This document shows positions 48,046-61,146 of a DNA stretch of 64,000 nt, piece by piece; the first letter of the stretch is position 1; every line of letters starts with the position of its first letter. A program made the position numbers and the translations under genes. This DNA is from Camelus dromedarius (Eukaryota): contig NC_087436.1 in assembly GCF_036321535.1 (NCBI RefSeq), positions 96,226,001-96,290,000 of the forward strand. The letters are read 5' to 3'. Below the pieces are notes generated by a model. It searched no databases, was not told where the DNA came from, and saw only the letters and a program-made list of their open reading frames with translations.

Positions 48046-48739
48046 ACCCAGAGGAGCAGTGGCTGGTCTGGAAGAGTGGCTGCGTGAATCTGGGAGCTGT
48101 CCTGCTCTGACGGATGTTAATCTCACCTGAGGGGTCAGTCACACACCTGGATGACCCATATTCTTAAAGGTTGAGCCCAGCGAAGTTGAGAGAACTCAAA
48201 TCTGGGAACATTAAATGTGATCTTACACCCCACCCAGGGTGTTTATATTCATTAGAGTAACACGCCTTGCCTTTCTGCACCTTCACTCACTCCATCCAGG
48301 AGAGGAGGAGTCACTTATCCAACTGGTGATGTGGGAGAGACCATGGGAGACAAATGAGTCTACCCTTCTCTCTTCCAGGGATCTTTCTGCCGACAGGAAG
48401 CCCTCACTCAGCTCCAATCCTCCAGGGCAGGCTCGTGGGGTTGGGGTTGGGGCTGAGGTGTGAGGCTGGCCAGTGGGTGGGTCATTCTGCCTGATGAAAG
48501 ATTGAATAATTCTGCTTGGTATCAGATCTAAGCCACGCTCTTCAACAGCTTTACCGTGAAAAAGGTGACATTTAAAATCTCCATCTACCTGATTCGTGCA
48601 ACAGCCTCTCACAACTGGTTCTGAATTTCATCAGGGAAGAGAATAGCATTTCTCTAATCTGCTGCACCCCTGACACTTGGGCTCCTCAAGACTAGGGTAA
48701 AGTATCTTCACCAGCTTGTCTAAATGGATGCAGAATGAT

Positions 48740-49570
48740 GATGCGTGCTCAGAAGTCCCCCTGCCTGGGCTCACATTTCAGTTCCATTACTTACCGGTTA
48801 TAAACATTTGAGAAAAATGTTTTAAAAACTCTCAAAGTATCATTTATAAAATGGGAATGATGTAGCACCACTTCACACAAGCTTTGGTGAAAACAAAATG
48901 AGATAAATGGAGGCTTCTTGGAAAATTCATTTTTTTTGGTCTCCTGTTCCTGGTTTTTTGACACAGAGATCCTAATTGTATCAGAGTTTATTTAACACAC
49001 ACAGTGGGTAAGGGCCAGTGCTAAGTAATACAGTATGTCACTTGATTGTCACAAAAACTATGTAGTAGGTGCTAATATTATTCCAATTTTATAAATGGGA
49101 TAATTGAAGCCTAGAGAGATTTAAAAAATTTGTCCATAATCTCCATAATCACACATCATGTGAACAGATATCTGCTCACGTGAATAGTAGAGCAGATACC
49201 TGAACCCTGACAGTGTGAGTTCAGAGTCTGTACTCTTAAATAATATGTTATCTCCCTAAAACAACATCTGCCATTTATTAGACACCTACTATGTCCCTGG
49301 CACATATTAGGAGCTTTATTTCATAATTTCCCCAATCCAATGTCGGTTAAGGGCATAGATTTGATAGTTAGACCGATGTGGTTTTGAATTCCAACTCTGC
49401 CATCTTCTAACCTAGTAGGCATGGGGGAGTTAGCTCATCTCTCTGAGCCTTACTTTTTCATCTGAAAGTTGGGGATGACAACCGCTGCACCTCAGAATTT
49501 TTCTGCAAGGATTAAATGAAAGAGTGCCTAGAAACTTGGCCCACCAGAAGCACTCGACGAAAGACATCAC
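48740..49570. mobile_element. Cluster of MIR fragments (both orientations)
   Basis: ataaaatgggaatgat (+), attttataaatgggataattgaagcctagagag (-), ctctctgagccttactttttcatctgaaagttggggatga (+). Confidence 0.7.
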
Positions 49571-49826
49571 TGCTTATTCACCTTTTACAGATGAACAACA
49601 GACTGAAGCTCGCAAGTACCACGTTCAAATCTTGACTTATACCCAACTGAAAAAAAAGCTTGCTTTTTCTTCTGTTCTCTTCCTGTGTCCAGGAATTTCT
49701 GGCCTCTCCATGCTAATTTCCCCTATCACCACTCAGTCTTTCCAGGGAGAACAAACCCATTTTGTACCTCTGGGAAGGTAACACACATGGGGTGAAGCAG
49801 TGGGTACCCAGCTGTGTTCCATGGAG

Positions 49827-49842
49827 CCACCTGGGGGCGCTG
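49827..49842 (+). promoter_or_regulatory. Candidate CTCF motif next to GC box
   Basis: CCACCTGGGGGCGCTG; one mismatch (A>T) to CCACCAGGGGGCGC; followed by GGGGCGGG. Confidence 0.5.
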
Positions 49843-51962
49843 GGGGCGGGATGGGAATGGGCGGGACAGGAGGGATGTGTAAGTGCCCTGGCCACCCTGC
49901 TTCACCTGGGACAGGTCTGCCTTCACTTGTCTGGTCAAGACACAGTTTATGTTTTCATTTAATGAGAATGTTCCTCAGCAAAACCAACCTCCCTGAGAGA
50001 CGGAGGCATGAGAGGAGAGGAGGAGCCAAGCTGTCAGGGAACTGGGGCTGAAATGACTTCAGGGCACAACCCCGGTCCACTCTGCCTCATGCTGCTTGTC
50101 TCAGTTGACTCCAGTGAACAAGCAGTAATACAACTCTAGTATCTCCTGGGGATATTAGTAGGATTAAGTGATAAAACGTATTAGGAAATGTGCTTTGTGA
50201 CACACAAAAACATGGCACCAGAGTGATAACCTGGAGCTAGCCTGGCTGAGTCTGAATTCTGGCTTCTCTGTGTGACTCTGGGTGATCTGTTCAGCCTCTC
50301 TGTGTCTCGGTTTGCTCTGTGAAATGAAGATAACAACAGGCCTCAGTGGTTGCAAACGTGGAAACATTTATTCTGACCCTCAGGTTCGATGGACCACATT
50401 AGCTTTGCGCATCACAGTTCTTCCTGTGAAAACCCGGTAGAACATACCAGAAAGTGCTGCCTTTTTCTGAAACTTAAATATAATGAAACCTTGCACAAAT
50501 TCATGGACTACTATATGGTTTTCCACTGAATTATCCTGAAACCAGAGTAAAAGAGTTGTTTTTGTTTTGTTTTTTGGTGCGAGAAGGGGTAGGGGACATG
50601 GAGAAGTCCAAATTACTAAGCATTTGTTCAGCTCTGGCTTTCCTTTGTACAATTAGTCTGAAAGTTGAGTGATAGAATGTGAATTGCCATTGTAGCCAGT
50701 TTTATAACTTCAACACAAATGAAATCAAACTACTCCATTAGTTTTACAGTTTATAATTGTAAAACTATAAAAACAAATACTGGTTCCCTCAACAGCTTTA
50801 AAACAACAAATGAGTCCTTGTGAATTTCAGCAAAATGCCCAATTCTTTAAACTTCTCAATTTTTAAAGAAATCAGTTGTTGAGCCCAGCATTACAGAAAA
50901 AGCAGAGTTTTGAAAAATGATTTATAAAATTACCCCTAGAGAGGACACATAGGGGGTGTGTATTGAAAGAAACAATTTTACAACAGTCACCAAATTATTA
51001 AGTCCCTGTGACTTAAAGGTCACTCCAAAAAAAAAAAAAAAAAAGTTCAGGGAAATAAAGCAAAACACTAGGGCCAGCTGAAAGGTAATTGCCTAACAGG
51101 CCAAGGAATCATCCTAGGATGCATGCAAAACCAGGGTAGAATCTGGCTGGCACCAGCCATGGCTGCAAGGGAAAGCGGAGTTTCCTCCTAACTTTCTTGA
51201 AATTGTGAACTGTCACCCACTGTGAATGACGATGAAACGAACTAAATGACACCCTGACCCTATCACACTGCTCACCTCCTTAACCAACAGCCTTCTGATT
51301 ATGCAAATGATTATTATTTGGCCTATGTTTCACTTTTCTCTTTGAGAAAGCTTAGGTAATAAAATTGAACTTAAACCTGTCCATATAGATGAATGTTGTA
51401 TATGCCTTTTATTCCAATTCAGGCATCAGTATAGAAGATAATAATAGAATATTTAAAATTCTCCAAATCAGTCATTGCCATTAGTATTTTGTCAAATGAT
51501 TATTAACAGGGATTTGGAACAAACACAGGCTCATAAGTTGGGAAGGGGAGTTGGGGGTAGACAAAGGGCACAGAGGGCCATACAAAATTTATTGTCCTAA
51601 TCACCAGAACCAAAAGGAGGCTGACAAATTTGTATTTTTATTATAAAAAAAAGTTCTAACCTAAAACATGGTCTAACCAAAAATACCTGAAAATGTTATT
51701 CCCCCTGAACTTTTGTAATAACTTTGGCCTGACAGTGAAAATAACTTAAAAGAACCATGTTGATTTTTGTAGGTCTTCATAAAACCTATCAGTGCGTTTC
51801 TTTTTTTGTGTGTTTTACTACACAAAACACTGGGAGATACTTAATGAAAACATTTATTTTTCAATGGAAAGAGAAGGTGGGGGGCGGGCACTTCATTTGC
51901 CAAGAGCCACACTGGTTTATCTTTGTTCATCAAATCAACTGTAATTGAGGTGTTCACTACTC

Positions 51963-52230
51963 TTTTTTAAAAATTCTTCTGCAATTTTATTTTTTTATTA
52001 AAGTATAGTTGATTTACAATGTTAGTTTCAGGTGTACAGCAAAGTGATTCAGTTATACATGTACATACATATGTAGATTTTCTTTTCAGATTCTTTTCCA
52101 CTATAGGTTATTACAAGAGAATTGAGTATCATTCCCTGTGCTATACAGTAATCCTTGTTGTTTATCTATTTTATATATAGTAGTGTGTATCTATTAGTCC
52201 CAAGTTCCTGACTGATCCCTCCCCACTGAA
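51963..52230 (-). mobile_element. 5'-truncated lineage L1 3'UTR
   Basis: aagtatagttgatttacaatgttagtttcaggtgtacagcaaagtgattcagttatac..ccctgtgctatacagta; TSD core tcactactc at 51954-51962 and 52237-52245. Confidence 0.9.
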
Positions 52231-53009
52231 GGGAGGTCACTACTCGTATGTTTGCCCTTGAGTGTGGCCTGTCTGGCGCTGGCCTGTAATGGAGTCTGTC
52301 CTAAATGAGGTGGTTAGCAAGCAGTTAAAAATCTGAAAGCTGCCCTTGAGAACCTAAATTTGAGGATTTCTATTTTTTAAAATTCTGCAATAGGAAAATG
52401 AAAAAATGTTTTAGAGACCAACTAGATGGAATCATGACATCTAATTATAAAATATCCTTTCAAAGTAGAGTAATTTTACATTCAGCCCAATACGGTAGAT
52501 ATGTACTCCACTGCTAATACACATAAGGCTTTTGCTAGATACTAGTGTGCTAGAGGCAGAGGGCAAGGATAAAAATTCCTCCTGAGAATTTATCATCTAC
52601 TGATAAGTACATACAAAACTCTAATATAAGTCTAAACAGAGCTCCAGGTAAGTGGCCTGAAAGCATAGAGCAATATGTTTTAAAAGTTACCGTTTGAAAG
52701 CTGCCATTTGTGCATTAAACATTTTCCATGTAGTATCTTATTTAATACTGACAATAAACCAATGAAGTATCATTACCCCCACTTTGAAGATAAGGAAACA
52801 GGTTCAGTGAGATTAAGGTTTGTGGGATCATGATTAACCTAGGTTTCCAAGAATAACTGGACAACTTACCATGTCCGCCTTTGTGTGAGAACGATGTATC
52901 TAGTATAGTGATGTTCTATTTCTTAAAAGTTGAAAATTCCAATGCCTCTGACAAAAATGACTGTTCTTAACCGTTCGCTACACTGCTTTCTGTGAGGTAG
53001 GAATCAACA

Positions 53010-53520
53010 GGCAAATCACAAAACTATTTTCCAATGGCTAATATACATATGAAAAGATTTTTAAACATTACTAGTAGCCAAAGATGTGAAGTAAGATACT
53101 CCTTTTTGTACCTATCAAATTTACAAAAGTGTTAAGTTGTGGTACTTTTTAGAGCTGATTAAGTCACTATGAAATGGGCATTCTCACCTTCTTTGGGTAG
53201 AAATGCCAATCGCAGAATCTTTCCAGAAAACAAGCAGAAATTCAGGATGGTTTACGCATACTAATGAGTTTTGACCTAGTAATTCTGCATCTTGGAGTTT
53301 ATACTCAAAGAAAAAATCAGGCAGTTTGAATTTATATGAAAATGTTAAATGCATTAATATTTATAGTAAATAATCAGAAATGACCTACATATGTAAAAAT
53401 AGGCAACATTTAAATATATAGTAGTTCATTTGTATGCTCAAGTATTATACATTATTAAAATAATAATTTAAGAAAATTATATGTCATTGGGAAATGCTTA
53501 TGATAAAATACTGGAAAAAT
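53010..53520 (+). mobile_element. L1ME-type fragment
   Basis: aatggctaatatacatatgaaaagat..acctatcaaatt..tttgacctagtaattctgcatcttggagtttat. Confidence 0.65.
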
Positions 53521-53544
53521 TTCTCTAAAGAGATGATTTAACAT

Positions 53545-54015
53545 ATGGCTTAAGGGTGTGAATTCTCTAACACTGCTTGAATTTATACCTCACCTATGTG
53601 CTTGCTCAGTGACCTTGGGAAAGCTACCTAACCCTTCTATGTGTCTGTCTCTTCATCAGCACAATGAGGATTACAACAGGAATACCTATGCAGAATATTC
53701 TTAACAAAGTGGAGTTGACCCTTAAAACAGGTTTGAACTGCACAGGTTCACTTGTATGCAAATTTCTTTCAATAGTAAACACTACAGTACTACGTGATCC
53801 ACAGTTGGTTGAACCCATGGATGCAGAATTGTGGATATGGAGGAACAGTGTGTAACGGTGCAGACAAGGGCAGCCATATAGCTGGGTGTTCAACTGTGGG
53901 AGGACTGGCGCCTCTAACTCCCCTGTTGTTCAAGGGTCAACTGTAAAAACATGCAGATGAACAGAACAAGGCCTGGCACATACTTAAAATACTAGTTAAA
54001 ATATTTAGCTAATGA
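53545..54015 (+). mobile_element. MIR split by Tigger2 derivative
   Basis: gtgaccttgggaaagctacctaacccttctatgtg | agaacaaggcctggcacata. Confidence 0.7.
53712..53943 (+). mobile_element. Tigger2 internal-deletion derivative (Tigger2a_Art/MER8-like)
   Basis: TIRs gagttgacccttaaaaca / tgttcaagggtcaactg followed by TA. Confidence 0.85.
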
Positions 54016-54159
54016 GTGTTAGTTAAATGAGTGTCTCTGGATGGTGACATCATGGCTCACTTTCATATTTTACTTCATAGTCGTCTGCAGATTCCTGTCA
54101 GTAAGCACTCATGTTTGTAAGTATGACACAGGCCATGGGCATGTAGTAATCACAAAGCT

Positions 54160-55700
54160 GGTTATTAACATATGGTAGATATTCTTAATATATAAAGGAA
54201 GAATCTGTTGGTAGGCTTACAGAATTCATCACTTTGTAGAAAAGGGTCTTGAATTTTGTTAAATTCCTTTTCTGGCATGAGTTGAAATTAACATTTTTAG
54301 CATTGATTTACTTATTAATGAACTTTCTAATAATAAATCTTCTTACCTTTCTGAGGTAAACCCTAAGTATGGTAGATACGTTTTAAAAACTTTCAAAATT
54401 TGGTTTAGTAATCATTTCATAAAGAATTTTTAACCTATATTAAAATCAACAAGGGGTATTAATTTTTGTGCTCTGTCATGTTTGGGGTCAGGATTATGCT
54501 AGCATAAAAAGTGAGTAAGATGGCTTTCTCCTTTGTCTTTCTTTACAATGGAACAGTTTATTTAGTGTGGAATGAAAAGCTTAGAAGGATACACAGATAA
54601 AATCACTTTTTTTTTTTTTACTTTTTGGAAACAAAAGGAAGCTTTTTTTGGGGAAGCTATGCTTTGATGAACTTTCTTTTACAGCTAGCGGTTTATCTCA
54701 ATCATCTTGAATCTATTTTGGTAATTAAAACTTTTCAGAGAAGTAGTCATGTATTCAGCTTTGAAACTTTCCCAGCATCGAGTTTTACATAGTATTTTCT
54801 TTTAATTTTAAGTTTTCTTACTTATGATACAAATGTTTAAAAATCCCGCAGATGTGACGCAGACTCATGGCCCCTAGTCAGTTCTACATCTTACTGTTGT
54901 TGATGGTTGTTATTTCTGTATCTGTGGCTAAATCACTCTTTATTATTCCTAATTTTACTTCTATATATTTCTCAATTTTGTTACACTTGTCAAAGATCTG
55001 TTTTGATTGCTAGTAAAAAGCATTTGTCCAGATTTTCTTCCTCCAATATTGTTTTGGGGGGGGGGAGGAAGGAGAAGGTAATTAGTATTATTTATTTATT
55101 TTTAGAGGAGGTACTGGGGACTGAACCCAGGACCTCATGCATGCTAAGCACGCACTCTACCCCTGAGCTATATACCCTCCACTCCTTCCAATATTGTTTC
55201 TGATTATTGCTTCTGACCTTAATGTTTTCCTTCCTGGAAATACCTGTAATTTTAGGGTTGGATTCTTTTCTCGGCCCTCCATTTTCTTTCTTTTATTCTT
55301 CATCTCTTTTTCTCCTGAATACTGAGAAACCATTTCATATTATTCTCTGCATCACTGGACTGACTTGATTTTTACTTTGATAATTCTAGTTTTTGTTTTC
55401 CTTGCAAGTCACCCATCTCTACCATGTAGCTGTTTTCTCACATTAGTCTGTTCTCACCATGTGATTTTCAGTCTCAAATGCTACTAAGATGCCAACGTGC
55501 TTGCTAAAGTCTTTTTTTTTTAGAAAAATCATTTTCATATACATTTTCGTCATCCTAATCCATTTTTCTTAATCTGTAAAATGTTTTTCAAAAGCTTCTC
55601 CCCTCAAACTTGGTGAATATCCAGGATGTCTGACTTGTTCTTTTGTCCTCATCTCCATCCATTTGGGTGTCAGTCAACTCTCATTCTCCATCTGTTGCTG
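54160..55700 (-). mobile_element. Old L1M fragments (host of the SINE)
   Basis: T-rich ttgaattttgttaaattccttttctggcat..ttttggggtcaggattatgctagc, decayed antisense L1. Confidence 0.55.
55055..55186 (-). mobile_element. tRNA-derived camelid SINE (Vic-1 type)
   Basis: Minus strand GGAGGGTATATAGCTCAGGGGTAGAGTGCGTGCTTAGCATGCATGAGGTCCTGGGTTCAGTCCCCAGTACCTCC..AATAAATAAATAA..TAATTACC..C-run; Pol III A and B boxes; 13-bp TSD tccaatattgttt at 55042-55054 and 55187-55199. Confidence 0.9.
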
Positions 55701-56119
55701 GAGAACAAATTGATGCCCTTTCTCCTAATCTAGAATCCAGTGGCTAACAGGCATGTTAGTAGCCTGAGCTGAATTTTCTACCCACAACTGTTGTTAACGC
55801 TCCATGTGTCTTCAGCAATGGGGTACATGGATATTCAGAATTCTCAGAGTGTAGTGCTATTAAGGTGTTTCCAACCAGCAACTGTAATTTGGGAATATTC
55901 ATGGCAAATTACAATTAGCTGCCAAATCCCTATCATGTTCCTTGTTCATGGTGATTTGCAGCCCCTGAATTTTTATTGATGGAACTTGGACAACCCTTTT
56001 GGAAAGCTATATATGCACAGCCATGGACAGCTGCCCAGTGTACTGCACAAAACTGATCTGGATTTTGAGGCAAAGGGGAGATAGTGAGGTCAAAATGAAG
56101 CATCTCATATCAAGTGGCA

Positions 56120-56340
56120 GGAAAAATGTCTAAAGTGGTTAAGACCATGAACCGCAGAGTCAGTCAGCCTGGCTTCAAATCCCAGCTCTGTGTGCCTGTT
56201 TCTGTATCTGTAAGATGAGCGTAACAGTCATACCCACCCCTCATCACTACTCTTGTCAGGCGACGCAGATCACTACATGTACGATGCAGAATGGCGCCTG
56301 GCACATAAATGCTGCTCAGTAAACGTTTGCTATTAACATG
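56120..56340 (+). mobile_element. MIR
   Basis: agtggttaagaccatg..cctggcttcaaatcccagctctg..gcctggcacataa..gctcagtaaacgtttgctatta. Confidence 0.82.
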
Positions 56341-56869
56341 ATTTCTGTCCAGAGTTTGTGAATCTTAATTTAATTCTGCATGTCTCAGAACTAGTTGAAT
56401 TTCCTCGATTTGGTCTTGGTTTTAGTATTGTACATTTTTATCTCTGCCTTGTATCTTCCCAGTTCAGTGTAAAGCTGGGGCAGTCAGAGGCTATTTACAA
56501 TATGTCTCTATTCTTTCATTCACTTTCTCCCCAAGGATTAGAGGGGTGATGGCCTCTGTGGGAGGCAAAGAATCATGGACTAATCACTTCTAGAAATGAA
56601 CAGTTTTCTGTGCTGTACAGCGCACTGGCATGTGAGTGTGTCTTAAAAAGGAATGAAAAATATGGATTGAAATTGGGGGAAAGGTGGAAGTCAGGAATGC
56701 TATTCTTTGACCTTGATATATCTGAGATGAAGATATACTAAAAAAGGTAAGATTCTAACAGATGCCTGTGCTCCAAGGGGAATTTAAGACCCATTGGTTA
56801 AGAGGACTTTGTACGTTGAATTGAACACATCTTAGTTCAGAAGAAACAAAAGCTGAGAAATTGAGAAGC

Positions 56870-57115
56870 AGCACTGTGGAATGGTTAACATGTAAATCCT
56901 AGCATCAGACCTCCTCAAGTTTGTGTCCTGCACAGGTCCTTACTAGCGGTATATCCTGGCAAGAGTCAGGAATCCTTTTTTCTCCTCAGTTAGCCTGTCT
57001 GTACAATGGTTACAACAACACTAATTCCCTCATAAACTATTGGGAAGAGTGGATGAGTTCTCCATACAAAGTACTCACAATATAGTCAATACACATGTCC
57101 CACTAATGTTATATA
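56870..57115 (+). mobile_element. MIR
   Basis: tggaatggttaac..ggcaagagtc..cctcagttagcctgtctgtacaatgg. Confidence 0.6.
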
Positions 57116-59499
57116 TGTTCATGTAGATCTTTAAATCTCCAAAAATAAGAAGCTGGACACTTTTTAAAATGAAGAATGTGAGTCAAAGAAATGTGTGTTT
57201 AGTTTTAGTAATAGTCTTGAGGTAGAGATAATAAAGGTAGTAAGATGAGATATAAATAAACTTATTCAAATGGTAAAATTATTACTCAGATACATTTCTT
57301 ATTTTAATTTCACCTAACAAAGATTTGAGAGAAATCCTAGTAGCATATTTTCAATATACTATATATGAATATGATCCTGTTAATTACCTTATTTAAATAC
57401 ACGATACTTCAAAATAGACAAATGACTTTTTGATCCCCTAAAATGTATTGCTTTCTTTGCTCCCACTTTATGAATGTCATTTCTGTGAATATAGCTGTGC
57501 TTCGATTTAGAAGGACAGTGTTAAAATAAAGTTTGCCCTTGTAAGAATTCATTTATTTGCATTAGAAAAACTTTTAAGAAAGGAAAAATTATTCTACACT
57601 AAAGGGCAAAATTAGTTAGAAGGGGAAAACATGTTTTAACATTTTCTCCAGGGGCTAAAAAGGTAGAACACAAATTCAGTTGGTTGGTTTGTAATGTTAG
57701 AAAAGAGAACTGGGTGAGACACTTGGTACCCTCAAAGAAACATAAGCCAGTTCGTGCCAACCATAATTATCAATGATATATGATAAAGTGAGAAAAGGCA
57801 GGCCTCTTGCCTCCTCAATTTCCTGAGAAAATTCAACAGACTGAATTAGAATAAAAGCAGAAATCATTATCATATCACTGATAAAAACTACCAGGAACAG
57901 CCTTCCATCCTGAACTGTATTAAAGAGACTGCTTAATAGTCTATTTCAGCCACTTATAAGAGGAAGTTAGAAAAGAAAACATAATAATTATGATTAGTAA
58001 GAAAGTAAAGACAAATGCAGTGGTCCCTGTGAAGGCACTAAGACCCCTGGCGTGCACTGTACAGGGTCTCACAGGAAGACAAACACCACTTCCATGCCAG
58101 ATTACACAGTTACAAAACTAGTAAAAATTTAAGGCCAGCTGAACATTTTAAATCAAGTTTAGCCTCATTATTATTCCTTTCTTAAAGAAATGAGGTATAG
58201 AGATGGATGCAATGACTAATCTAGATTTTTTTTACACTTATCTGCTATAGTTTGGAAAAAGTTGAATCCAGTACTTCCTTGAGACTACTAGGCAATTAAA
58301 GATATGATTACTTCCCTGTTGCTGGTGAATCTTGGTCACCTCTATATTTATACCTGATTCAAGCTGGAGACCAATTAATTCCATTTTCACAGAGACAGAA
58401 TTTGAAGCCTCTCCCAAATGCTTACTCAGCTGCCTCTTCCAAGGCTGCGTAAAAATTCACAAGCCTGCTCCATTTTGGGGCAAGAAAATAATTTTACAGT
58501 TGAGGGAAAGCACCATGCTGAATCCATTTGCATGACAAGGTACACTTTAAATTATGTATAATATTACCGGTAGTGTATGAATATTTGTTTCTAGCCCAGC
58601 AACACTAATCTTAATAGTGGGTTTGGAAAACTTGGAGCATTCATTAATAATAATACATGTTTTTGTATAGCAGACAAAGTATAAATGCCAAACCAGGTAA
58701 AAACTAGCAGAGATTCCCTTTCCCCAAGTTAAAATTAATTAAAACTCCTATCTCTTCCATATATCATTTGTACATAAATAAAAATGCTAAAATATTTAAA
58801 TTGCCTCAAACCATGCCATTTAGATATGCAGAATGGCTGGGAAGATGGTTTTGCAGCTTGTCATAACAAAGCAGGAAAGGGGTCAGGACTAATGATAATC
58901 CCACAATTAGATATGCACATCCTCCAGCATCTCAGGTGCTAAGGAAGGAAGAGGAAGAACAGGAGAAAGAGCAGCACCTCCTGGTACTTCCGAGGCTGCT
59001 TTGGACAGCTGAGAATACAGAAGGGGCCATAACACAGAAGACTCACAAAGCTGTCCTATATCTGTGCGTATTTCCAAGCTGGGACACCAGCTTTGACCTC
59101 CACAAAGTCTTCTTTGCATTTGCGCTATGACAGATGTTTACAAAATTGCTCTGTCCCTGATACTATAAAGAAGAAAAATATAAAGCAATATGAGAAGTGT
59201 TCATAGAATTATGATGGTACAGACGGATATTGTGATTCAACTTGCTCCTTACCCACTCTTGGTTACTATTTTCACTCGCTTCCCAGACAAAGACAGAAAA
59301 GAATCGGGAAGAAAACAGAGATTGTGAGTAATGAATATGATACATTCTTGTTGGTCAGTACAGATTTTATTTTCAGCAAATAATCACCTTTTGTAAATGC
59401 GGATTGTAGGTTACTCTGCAATGGGATTTATGTGTATACTTAAGCATCTATGATGGTGGAATGGATGGAAGAGCCAACACCCTGGGTACTGGCATAATC

Positions 59500-60170
59500 A
59501 CTTCTGACTCATTTTTCTGCATCAACCCACCCCCTTTAACTAGTCAACATCAATTCCATTTCTTAAATGTCTCTAATCTATGCCCTCCCCTCTATTTTAC
59601 CTCTTACCACACCAGATTATCTTTCACTTGGATCATGACATTAGCTAGGTGCCTAGTTAGGTGTCTCACCTCCAGCCTCTTCACAACACCACCTCCAGAG
59701 GAACGTATCTGAACAGAATGTCCTCCTCACTGCTAACAAATGTAAGCTGAAACTTCCTTATGAGGCCGGGCCTCAAACTGTATTTCTTGCCTCATGTTCC
59801 CTCATTGCCCTGTCATTAAGCCTAGTCTAACTACATTCAGCAACTGCTGGTCTCTGGACAATCAAGGCACTGCATATCCCCTGCCTTAGGTGTTAAAGAT
59901 GGAAACCTTCAGGGCAAACATTACCTCCTCTGGAGGTCTTTTCTGATGCACAGAGTCAGAGCAACTTATTCCATCTGGCTCTCACAGCACTTGCTTAATA
60001 CCATATTTTCATATTTATCAAATTATATCATATTTAACTGCATGCGCATTTTTCTCTCTCTCCCTCTCTCTGTTTAAGTGCACAGTTAACAGTATAGAGA
60101 TAGCGTGTTACTTCTATACTGCCTGGCATCAAGTCATAAATGATAGGCACTACATACATTTGCTGGTTGT
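59500..60170 (+). mobile_element. L2 fragment
   Basis: caattccatttcttaaatgtctct..acattacctcctctggagg..tgcctggcatcaagt. Confidence 0.6.
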
Positions 60171-60599
60171 TTTATTGTGCAATGCTGTGAAATGTGCATA
60201 TCCAGTATCACATGGAGACTTTAGGTTGGTTGGGTATAGCAGACCTGGACCTTGTACTGTGAGTAAATACTGGGTAAGTGTGAGGAAAAAAAAAACCCTA
60301 AGAAATCTTTGTTGTTTTCACAATTTGCATGTGTGGCATTTCCAAGTACAGATTTTGGCAGCTTCAAGTTTCTCTGTCCAGGGAAATTAGATTTAAAAAG
60401 TCAAAGTTTATCATAGAATTTAATGATTGGCTTAAGCAATCTTTTAATAAAGCCTTGGGCAACAAAGCTTCATTCCCCACTAGGGAAAAGCACCCTGCAT
60501 ACTAAATCAGTGATAATTTTATCTGACTCATTCAACTGTATGTGAAAGAATCCCACAGAATTGAAACAGGGCATTAATTTGCCATTTTTTTTTTTCATT

Positions 60600-61005
60600 T
60601 TTGTAGTGGAAGTAGAAATAGACTAGGGAAAAGGGACTTGGATTCTAGGCCTCATGTGGCTTCTAACTTAACCATTTAGGGTCTTACTGTAGGAAGAGTA
60701 TAGGCTTTGGAATTAAAGGGACCTAGGTCAGAATCCTGGCTGCATATCTTACTACTTGCAGGACTTTGGGTCAATTACAGAAACTGCTTAAGTCTCAGCA
60801 TCCTCACTGATAGAGCTGGAGAAATAATGGCCTCAATGGAGCTGTATTGAAAAGTGCTCAACACAGCAGCTGGTGTATTTTAGGAGCTCAGGAAATACCA
60901 GATTCCCTCACTTCTTTGGGTCTCAATTTTTACCTGTGTAAAATGCAGGATTTTTAACTCCTTGGTTACTTAATGATCTCAAGGTTTTTCCCAGCTCTAA
61001 AGTTC
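60600..61005 (+). mobile_element. Nested MIR fragments
   Basis: aggctttggaatt..gacctaggtcagaatcctggct..; tctcaatttttacctgtgtaaaatg..cccagctctaaagttctat. Confidence 0.7.
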
Positions 61006-61146
61006 TATCACCCTTTTATCCTTAGAGCTATAAAAAAGGTACTGAGGACCTTCGAAAGTATTTTAAAAGCGACTGTATTCTGATGAATGTGTCTTTTTCT
61101 TTGAATCTCTTTAGGTTTAATTTTCTCTTCTTTTTCTAGTCTCTTG

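Noticed and set aside
50739..50767. 10-bp inverted repeat TAGTTTTACA..TGTAAAACTA
   Set aside because: Short and AT-rich; too small for a pre-miRNA or MITE.
51301..51308. Octamer ATGCAAAT
   Set aside because: Single 8-mer, expected by chance.
55090..55180. tRNA gene
   Set aside because: tRNA-like head belongs to a SINE with tail and TSD.
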